Of a stretch of 64,000 nt of DNA, positions 56,937 to 64,000 are shown one piece after another. The position numbers and the translations under genes are program-made. How positions within the stretch are numbered: position 1 is the stretch's first letter; each line of letters starts with the position of its first letter. The stretch is from positions 157,343-221,342 of the IMG/VR virus record IMGVR_UViG_3300022866_000322; one strand, 5' to 3'. The notes beneath the pieces were generated by a model. That model ran no database searches. It was not told the origin of the DNA and worked only from the letters and a program-made list of their open reading frames with translations.

Positions 56937-56944
56937 CATAAATA
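56937..56944 (+). promoter_or_regulatory. Late promoter (CATAAATA)
   Basis: NATAAATA upstream of the gene at 57031; overlaps the right-hand direct repeat. Confidence 0.7.
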
Positions 56945-57030
56945 CTACTGTTCATATAAATCTTTATATGTTCTTATGCGGAACCAAACCGCGTAGGCCT
57001 AGAACGCCACTTAATTTAAGGAGAAACAAA

Positions 57031-57651
57031 ATGGGAAGACCTATAGCAAAAAAGTTTATTGGCGATGGCGTTGGCAAGATTGCAATTACAGCAGTTAAGT
57101 TTGCAAGCGGCAGCGAAGTTCTTAGCGGTGCAGATATTCAAAGACAAAGAACAGCTAAAAGTTTCGTTGTATCTGACGGAGCTAAAACAGAAACATGTAC
57201 ACTGGTTAACAAGTCAATTGGTGCCTTGGGTGCTAGTGAATTTACCATCAACGTTACCGACAACGATGGCGACCAACAGCAAGTTACCAAGATGACCAAC
57301 AGAAAAGTTTACACTGAAGGTACTACTTGGAAACAGTGGACAAAAGATGCCGACGGCTCAGCATCGGGTGCAGTTCAAAAAACAATCACAGGTGCAACAG
57401 CGGCCAACCCAGTTGTTATTACATCTGCCGGTCACGGACTTGCAAATGGAACTAAAATTTCAATCCGTAAAGTAGTTGGTATGGTTGAGCTTAACACTGA
57501 AACCGGCTATACAGTGGCAAGTACTGCAACTAACACTTTTGCATTATCTGGAGTTGACGGTAGTGGATTTACTACTTACACATCAGGTGGTGATGTAACT
57601 GTTGCGGCAGCAGGTGCAGACGATGTGATAATAGATACACAACAGTCTTAA
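57031..57651 (+). CDS. Virion protein with a C-terminal beta domain (E1_FCCH-like, common in phage tail proteins)
   Basis: ITGATAANPVVITSAGHGL.NG..I.I..V.GM.ELN..YTV..NTFAL. Start moved to the ATG at 57031 (AAGGAG RBS). Confidence 0.65.
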   Translation: MGRPIAKKFIGDGVGKIAITAVKFASGSEVLSGADIQRQRTAKSFVVSDGAKTETCTLVNKSIGALGASEFTINVTDNDGDQQQVTKMTNRKVYTEGTTWKQWTKDADGSASGAVQKTITGATAANPVVITSAGHGLANGTKISIRKVVGMVELNTETGYTVASTATNTFALSGVDGSGFTTYTSGGDVTVAAAGADDVIIDTQQS

Positions 57652-57694
57652 TATCAAAAGAAACATAAAGTAAAGTTTTATGTGTTAACTGATT

Positions 57695-57718
57695 AACCCG
57701 CTTCGGCGGGTTTTTCTT
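57695..57718 (+). terminator. Intrinsic terminator
   Basis: AACCCGC-TTCG-GCGGGTT followed by TTTCTTT. Confidence 0.9.
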
Positions 57719-57740
57719 TATCCACCAACATTTCAATCTG

Positions 57741-57748
57741 CATAAATA
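57741..57748 (+). promoter_or_regulatory. Late promoter (CATAAATA)
   Basis: NATAAATA about 22 nt upstream of the ATG at 57770. Confidence 0.7.
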
Positions 57749-57769
57749 TAATGAATAAGGACTTTGATA

Positions 57770-58369
57770 ATGGCCGTAGTCAACAATTTAAACACAGATT
57801 TCTTAATAACCACAAAAGTAAATCCTTCTGCGAATATCACATTGCAGAGTTCCACTGTTTATATAGATGGTGACTTGCAGGTTGGCGGAAACAGCACGGC
57901 TATTTCTAAAGTAGATTTGGAAGTTACTGATAATCTGATTACATTGAATAAGGGTGAATCAGGTGCAGGAATTACATTAGGTAGTGCCGGGATCGAAGTT
58001 GACAGAGGTAGTTCTAGTACAGTTGCCCTTCGATTTAACGAAACTGTCGACAAGTGGCAGATTACAAACGACGGCGCAACCTATGCAAATATACATACCT
58101 TGGCTGCTGACGAAAATCCAACATTGGGTTCTAACTTAGACGTTGCCGCATTTACTATTTCAAGCGAATCAACTGACTATGTTAAGTTTGATAGTAATTT
58201 AGCAGTTAGATATACAAGTGTAGTCCCTGTCGCAGTTGCAGATCATAGTGTAATTTATACACAAACACCAAGTAACGGACAAAGTGGAGTTTACATAACA
58301 AGTACAAGCGATGCTGATAGACAGGTCAGCACAGTAAGAAATTCAGTAGTATATTCATTAGTATTGTAA
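57770..58369 (+). CDS. Virion structural / fibre-like protein
   Basis: VTDNLITLNKGE..AGIEVDRG..LRFNETVDKWQ and LAADENPTLGSNLDV fibre motifs. Confidence 0.7.
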   Translation: MAVVNNLNTDFLITTKVNPSANITLQSSTVYIDGDLQVGGNSTAISKVDLEVTDNLITLNKGESGAGITLGSAGIEVDRGSSSTVALRFNETVDKWQITNDGATYANIHTLAADENPTLGSNLDVAAFTISSESTDYVKFDSNLAVRYTSVVPVAVADHSVIYTQTPSNGQSGVYITSTSDADRQVSTVRNSVVYSLVL

Positions 58370-58381
58370 GGATAAACAAGA

Positions 58382-58699
58382 ATGGCGATTCATAGCAATT
58401 TATTAGGGAGTGGGGTAGCAGGTAATATTACTGTATCAGATGCTACCAATGGTGATGCAGTTACCACAATGTATTTTTGTAATACACATACCGTCCCAGT
58501 TACATTTAACCTACATGTGTGCCCAGCAGGTTTTTCAGCAAATGGCAATAACGTAGTGTATTCGGATAAAGTTATTGCGCCAGGCGATACTTATGTAGTT
58601 GATTGGGAAAAACTTGTATTGGGCTTTCACGACACATTGCAAGCAAATGCAAATATAGCAAGTAAAATTGTAGCAACAGTAAGCACAATAGGATTATAA
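58382..58699 (+). CDS. Small virion structural protein
   Basis: AVTTMYFCN beta-sandwich-like; in the late operon. Confidence 0.65.
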   Translation: MAIHSNLLGSGVAGNITVSDATNGDAVTTMYFCNTHTVPVTFNLHVCPAGFSANGNNVVYSDKVIAPGDTYVVDWEKLVLGFHDTLQANANIASKIVATVSTIGL

Positions 58700-58703
58700 C
58701 GCT

Positions 58704-59141
58704 ATGGGACGTTATGTTAAAAAAATTGAAGTAATGGGTGGAAGTAGCGCCCTTGCATTGCAAATTCCAACCAGTTCAAACAGTATTGGACCTGAAGTAC
58801 TTGAAAATGGTTTGCTTAGATGGAACACAGACAACAGGCGTGTTGAGTTCTGGTACGAGAATGCATGGCAAACCATTGCCAAAGTAGGCACTGTGCAAAT
58901 TGCCACAGACGAATTCACAGGCGACGCAGTGGGCACAACATTTACCATGGGCCAAGCAGAATCAGATGCAAACGCAGTTATTGTACAAATTGGAGGAGTA
59001 TATCAACAACCAAATGTTAACTACACAATGAACGGTAGTACCACAATTACGTTTACCAGCGCACCACCTGCTCCGGGAGTGAACCCAAATAAAATAGTTG
59101 TTGTGCATAATATAAACAGCACTGACTCTGTTTATGAGTAG
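58704..59141 (+). CDS. Virion structural protein
   Basis: GLLRWNTDNRRVEFW and FTGDAVGTTFTM..VQIGGVYQQPNVNYT..ITFTSAP fibre/baseplate repeat. Confidence 0.7.
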   Translation: MGRYVKKIEVMGGSSALALQIPTSSNSIGPEVLENGLLRWNTDNRRVEFWYENAWQTIAKVGTVQIATDEFTGDAVGTTFTMGQAESDANAVIVQIGGVYQQPNVNYTMNGSTTITFTSAPPAPGVNPNKIVVVHNINSTDSVYE

Positions 59142-59151
59142 GAAACGTTAA

Positions 59152-62100
59152 ATGGCAATTGGGAAAATTTCCGGTGCAATGCTTTATGCAAACCTTGACC
59201 GCCAAGGTATAGATTTAGCATTTGAATCAAACTTACTTTACTTAGATGTAAGCAATCACAGAGTTGGCATAGTCAACTCCTCCCCTGCCTATGCATTAGA
59301 CAGCAGTGGCAATGTAAAAATAGCAAATATAATAGTAGAAGGAAGCACCCTTAGTTCTAACACTGGCGTTGTGTCTTTTGGAAGCAATGCCAATGTTAGC
59401 ATCACAGGTGGAATAGATGGCCAATTTTTAACTACAGATGGTAGTGGAAATTTAAGTTGGAGTGCACCGATTGATACTGCCGCAAATCTAGCACTAGGCA
59501 CAGTTGGCGATGGATCGCTTTGGCCCACAGGCATGGTAAGCAGTTGGACAGGAACAACACTGCTTGGCGATGCTGTTGACGATGTAAACGAGTGCATGTT
59601 CAACATAATGAATTCAACAGCAGTTGCTAATGTAGCATTTACTGCTGATACAACATCAGGTGGTGCTGGTACAGCAGTTACATTAACCATTGCCTCACTA
59701 GGTAATCCTAATAGGTACGACATTAATTGGGGCGACGGCACAACTGATAGTAATCAAACAGATTCAACCCCGACACACACATACAGCACAAACAGTGGAT
59801 CACCATTTACTGTGAATGTAAGAGCATACAATAATGGTGGTATTGGTACGTGTAGTGAAATGTATTACGAACGTGATGATTATATCATAATTTACACAGC
59901 TGATCCTGTTGTAACTTTTGCGGCTTACACAGCAAGTTCAGGCGGGAGTCCAATTACGCAGTGGGACGATGGCGACACAGTTTACTTTGAAAATACCACA
60001 ACCAATACAAGTGGTGCTACAGTCCAGTATACTTGGACTTGGGGTGATGGAAGCAGTAATAATGTAATATCCAGCGACGCATCTGCAGGCGGGGTAGGCG
60101 GCAGCAGACTAGCACATACATTTAGTGCAAGTACAGAGCAAGAACAAACAAGAACAGTATCTCTTACACTGGATAGTCATACAACAGCAACCCCAGCAGT
60201 GATACCAACCAATGATTCTAGTGCGTTTAAAATTTATGACGATCATACACCATCAGTTACACTGAGTACCATAACTGGTATTAATCAAGAAGCTACAACT
60301 GGATTGCCTGTTACATTCACTAATGCAACAGAAATCACAATTGGTAATTATGCAACTTACGGTATACAATATCAATACCAGTTTGGTGACGGTAATACAC
60401 ATGTAGTCAACACAGGCACAACCAACGCAGGTGACACAGGTACAACCATTGCACACACTTATGTGCTGTCCGGTAGCGAACAAGCAAATGGTACAGCAAG
60501 AGACTTTACTGGAAACTTGAGAGTACTCAGTGCCCACAGTAATTCACCGTTTATCAGCAGTGCCTTTACTGTACACGTTGAACCAGATGTACGTGCTACT
60601 GTAAGTGGCACAGCAGTAACAACAAGTGATAGATCAGGCGATAATCAATACGATTTGTATGCCTTTACTGATTATAACGGAAACAATCGTGCGTTAGTTA
60701 GGGTAACTAATACATCACAAAATGCTGATAATTATTTGTACGACTGGGGAGATTCTGTAGATGACTCTGTGACTGAAGACGGCTCTTCGGCTGGTAGTAT
60801 AGCCGCAACGATTGACCATAGTTATATAAGTGCAAGCACAGGAAACTATAATTTATCATTTACAGCAAACGGCACACCTGATATTACTGCACAAACAGAT
60901 ACAGACACAGGCATTACGCTTTCACTAAATGCCGTACCGTCAGCACCAGCTAGTTTGAGTGCTAAAAGCATAACACTTAGCGATAGTGCGCAAGGAACAA
61001 GTCCAAAGTTAGCACACGGTTTTACTGACAACAGTGCAACAAACCCTCTGAGCGCAGGTGCAAGCCTAAACACCACCACAGCAAGACGATATACCAGCGG
61101 TACAATTGACACCAGCACAGTAGATAACGCATATAACGGTGTTAGTGGCAACTTGGTTGCTGTAGTAAATGGCATAAGCAAAGGCAATAAAGTATTCAGT
61201 ACTACAACAGGGGAGAACGGAACGTTCACAAGCCTTGTTGTTAGCGGACAACTTGATGCACACGATAGCATTAGCGCAAGCACGTACCCAACAGGATTCT
61301 ACCAAACATTTGACGCTAAAATTACACAGGCACTTTCAAGTTATAGTGTAGGTGTTAATGATGAAAGATTAGAACACAGCTCTACTGGCAATACAAACTA
61401 TGTTAGTGTTGTATACGATGATGTTACAAGTGTACCAAGCATTATTTCAAGCGGTGCACTAGCTGAAGGCACTGGCGGCACTAAACGCTATATATCTGGT
61501 ATTCCTTATTACAATTCAGGATCACCAACAGTTTCGCTGAGTGGAGTGCAAATCAGCAACTTAACAGGTCAAGCATATACAGATCAATCAAACATTGTTG
61601 AAATAGATAATGCTACCAATCAAGAAGGCACAAGTTCTGCAGGTACAACAAATACAGATTACACTTACAGCAACATTGATGGATCAGTAACCATGTTGTC
61701 AGGTGGCATACCTAAAATAGATATAGGTGTTAGCAGTGCATACACCATTGGAGCACTTACTGTTCCAGTTACAGCCAGTTCAGTAAGAACAATAGACAGA
61801 GTCCAAGTACGTGCTAGAAACTGTAATGGTGTAGGTAGTTACAGTGAGAACACAACCAACGTACAAGTACACAAGTCAGCACAAAGTGGTATCAGTGAAA
61901 TTGCTATTGCAGTATCGGATAGTCTGGGAGCAGGATTTGACGATGATGGTGTGCGTATATTCGATTTTAGTGCCGCTACAACAGACAATCCAAGTTATAC
62001 AGGGTCAACAAACTTTTACACAAATAGTCTTTACACAGAAGCAAGTGACCCGGGTGTTGAAGGCACAAAAGAAGCAACTATTAGATTGGGTGTTTTGAAG

Positions 62101-62556
62101 TATGATGTTACAGATTATAGTTCAGGATATCTTCCAGTAGGCCCAGACAGAAGCAGTGACACAGGCACACAATACTTTACATTTGCATTTAGACGTACCA
62201 CAATGGCAAACTTTGACATTAACATAACAAGTGCAAGCATTGCAGGGTTATGGATAGCGGCACCAGGTACTGGTATCGATGACGCTTCAGGATTGAACGG
62301 TTGGGTTGATGCTAGTATAACATATGGTGGTTCAGGCGTTCCTGGATCGGACACTGGCAACGGTGGTAACGGTAGTAACGGATGTGCATTTACTTCAGGT
62401 GATAGGATTGCCAGTAGTACATCACTTAGTGGTGGTTACACAATGACACTGGGAAGTGAAAACGGAACAAATGCAACAGGCAATGTTGTGTTGGTAAGAA
62501 TAGCATTAACAAGTGGACAGAGTGTATCAGCACTTAGCGTAGGAGTGGCAAGCTAA
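59152..62556 (+). CDS. Large virion protein with PKD/Ig-like repeats
   Basis: Repeated Y.(W/F)GDG..HTY motifs (INWGDG, TWGDG, QFGDG, DWGDS); T/S/G-rich. Confidence 0.8.
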   Translation: MAIGKISGAMLYANLDRQGIDLAFESNLLYLDVSNHRVGIVNSSPAYALDSSGNVKIANIIVEGSTLSSNTGVVSFGSNANVSITGGIDGQFLTTDGSGNLSWSAPIDTAANLALGTVGDGSLWPTGMVSSWTGTTLLGDAVDDVNECMFNIMNSTAVANVAFTADTTSGGAGTAVTLTIASLGNPNRYDINWGDGTTDSNQTDSTPTHTYSTNSGSPFTVNVRAYNNGGIGTCSEMYYERDDYIIIYTADPVVTFAAYTASSGGSPITQWDDGDTVYFENTTTNTSGATVQYTWTWGDGSSNNVISSDASAGGVGGSRLAHTFSASTEQEQTRTVSLTLDSHTTATPAVIPTNDSSAFKIYDDHTPSVTLSTITGINQEATTGLPVTFTNATEITIGNYATYGIQYQYQFGDGNTHVVNTGTTNAGDTGTTIAHTYVLSGSEQANGTARDFTGNLRVLSAHSNSPFISSAFTVHVEPDVRATVSGTAVTTSDRSGDNQYDLYAFTDYNGNNRALVRVTNTSQNADNYLYDWGDSVDDSVTEDGSSAGSIAATIDHSYISASTGNYNLSFTANGTPDITAQTDTDTGITLSLNAVPSAPASLSAKSITLSDSAQGTSPKLAHGFTDNSATNPLSAGASLNTTTARRYTSGTIDTSTVDNAYNGVSGNLVAVVNGISKGNKVFSTTTGENGTFTSLVVSGQLDAHDSISASTYPTGFYQTFDAKITQALSSYSVGVNDERLEHSSTGNTNYVSVVYDDVTSVPSIISSGALAEGTGGTKRYISGIPYYNSGSPTVSLSGVQISNLTGQAYTDQSNIVEIDNATNQEGTSSAGTTNTDYTYSNIDGSVTMLSGGIPKIDIGVSSAYTIGALTVPVTASSVRTIDRVQVRARNCNGVGSYSENTTNVQVHKSAQSGISEIAIAVSDSLGAGFDDDGVRIFDFSAATTDNPSYTGSTNFYTNSLYTEASDPGVEGTKEATIRLGVLKYDVTDYSSGYLPVGPDRSSDTGTQYFTFAFRRTTMANFDINITSASIAGLWIAAPGTGIDDASGLNGWVDASITYGGSGVPGSDTGNGGNGSNGCAFTSGDRIASSTSLSGGYTMTLGSENGTNATGNVVLVRIALTSGQSVSALSVGVAS

Positions 62557-64000
62557 TGGCTATATCAGATACACAAAAAGTTGACTACTTGTGGAAGAAA
62601 CTAGGTTACTCAGCAACTAAAACAGACACCAACGCTAACAAAAAAGCACCAAACGAAGCAATAGCAAGTCCGCTATTGATGCGTGCCGATACAATATGGT
62701 CACAGAGTTCGACTATACCAGCAACACTTCCAGGTAGCAGTGCATCACCTGTAACAGTTTACCCAACTAGCAATCCAATTGAAACTACACTAGACGGAAC
62801 TTCTACAGCAAACAGAACATGGAAAACAGGAACAACAGACTGGATCAGTCCTGAGTTTGGCTCAACTTACCAAGTAAAAGTTTATATTCATACGTCAAGT
62901 GATGCCGCAGGAGCAAGCGGCGGCGATCAAGTATTCGCAACTGGTTCCGGAAACAACGACGAATGGTTCTTTGATTACCAGTCTGGTGTATTGCACTTTA
63001 TTGGTGACAACTTACCTAATGGAATAAGTTTTACAGGCAAGAGTGTTTATATCAGCGGCGGCCGATACACAGGCACGTTTGGTACAGGGACAATCGCAGA
63101 AGCAACCATCACTGGCGGCAATGTTACAGCAAATATCAGTGGTAACATTTTAGGAACGTTTGGTCGTTTTACTAGCAATGTTACCGCTCCTTGGTTTGTT
63201 GGAAACATTGATTCAGATATTGGTACGTTTGATACCAGTTTGTACGCCGAACAGCTCACAGTAAGCAGTAATAGTTCATTTAATGATAGTAGTGCTACTA
63301 TACAGTACTTAACTATTAACGGTGAAACAATTACCAGTACAAACGAGCATGTGGTTATAAGTCCAAATATATCCGGCGCCAACAATGTAGTAAAAATTGG
63401 CGGAGTAACTGCACTGGATGTACCAACAGGAAACACAGCACAGCGACCAGCAATAGCAGATGCAGGTTATATTAGATTTAACACATCTACCTCAACGTTA
63501 GAATGGTATACAGGATCCACATGGGCGTCAGGTTCTAGCGGAATTACACAACAGACAATTAATCCAGATGGTAGCGCAAGTACATTTACATTAGACCAAG
63601 AGTCTACAGCAGATGGTGTTTTGGTTAGCATCAACGGTACTAGCCAAAACCCAGATACAGCGTATAGCGTCAGCGGTACAGACATAACATTTACAGAAGT
63701 TCCACTGTCATCTGACATTATTGATGTACGTTTCCTAGCTGTAGCAGTTGCAAGCTCAGGTCTCAACAGTTTAATTCAAGATACCAGTCCACAGTTGGGC
63801 GGCAACTTAGAAGTCAACAGCAAGTTTATTACCAGTGCAAGTAATGGCAATATACCAATCAAAGCAGACGGAACAGGCGAGGTTACGCTACAAGGTAACG
63901 TGATTAGCCTAACAGGAAACTTAGAAGTCAGTGCCACATCTGGCACACCTAGCGATACCACAGACCCAGCAGCCTGGCTCAAAGTTTACGTCGGCGGAAC
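62556..64000 (+). CDS. Virion structural / fibre protein (partial; runs off the window edge)
   Basis: Not in the ORF track. The ATG at 62556 gives MAISDTQKVDYLWKKLGY..EWFFDYQSGVL..PTGNTAQRP..GYIRFNT..LEWY; no stop seen in the stretches I translated. Confidence 0.85.
   Translation, partial: MAISDTQKVDYLWKKLGYSATKTDTNANKKAPNEAIASPLLMRADTIWSQSSTIPATLPGSSASPVTVYPTSNPIETTLDGTSTANRTWKTGTTDWISPEFGSTYQVKVYIHTSSDAAGASGGDQVFATGSGNNDEWFFDYQSGVLHFIGDNLPNGISFTGKSVYISGGRYTGTFGTGTIAEATITGGNVTANISGNILGTFGRFTSNVTAPWFVGNIDSDIGTFDTSLYAEQLTVSSNSSFNDSSATIQYLTINGETITSTNEHVVISPNISGANNVVKIGGVTALDVPTGNTAQRPAIADAGYIRFNTSTSTLEWYTGSTWASGSSGITQQTINPDGSASTFTLDQESTADGVLVSINGTSQNPDTAYSVSGTDITFTEVPLSSDIIDVRFLAVAVASSGLNSLIQDTSPQLGGNLEVNSKFITSASNGNIPIKADGTGEVTLQGNVISLTGNLEVSATSGTPSDTTDPAAWLKVYVGG

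Larger units (their letters stand above)
56580..56940 (+). repeat. 23-bp imperfect direct repeat flanking the antitoxin insert (56580-56602 and 56918-56940)
   Basis: TTTTTTATAACTGCTATTACATA versus TTTTTTATGACTACTATTACATA (21 of 23 identical). Confidence 0.8.

Noticed and set aside
56968-57030. Longer start for the 57031 gene (also 15491 and 47919 for their genes)
   Set aside because: The downstream ATGs have proper SD sequences, and the extensions overlap promoters or leader hairpins.
1-64000. tRNA, tmRNA or rRNA genes
   Set aside because: No T-arm/acceptor-stem pattern seen in any intergenic gap by eye; tRNAscan-SE or ARAGORN would settle it.
1-64000. Stop-codon reassignment
   Set aside because: Very long ORFs and tight gene packing are obtained with the standard code, and TAA, TAG and TGA all end recognisable genes.

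Overview
This 64 kb window is a segment of a large T4-like (myovirus-type) phage genome, probably from an aquatic uncultured lineage. The minus-strand left arm (1-40382) holds five tandem N-terminal-twitch radical SAM genes and three GT-A glycosyltransferase-like genes under their own perfect-consensus sigma70 promoter. It also holds tail-fibre/adhesin genes and a baseplate operon: a 4719-aa giant wedge protein plus gp6, gp25, gp5-like, gp27-like, gp53-like and gp48/54-like genes. The right arm carries the late sigma factor gp55, gp47/gp46 (split by three AT-rich accessory genes) and a small GIY-YIG gene followed by a ~420-nt ORF-free, hairpin-dense region. Then come gp51/gp26-like hub genes, a tape measure, the head module (gp20, gp21, gp22, gp23) and further virion proteins. 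The most unusual locus lies just after the capsid terminator (56276-56944). A dual early/late promoter drives two tandem glutamine-I (glnA-type) riboswitch aptamers in front of a 35-codon ORF that the ORF track misses. This is followed by a GC-rich orphan TacA/DUF1778 antitoxin whose toxin is cut off after a few codons and which is flanked by a 23-bp direct repeat. All assignments come from reading sequence motifs by eye; no database search was run.
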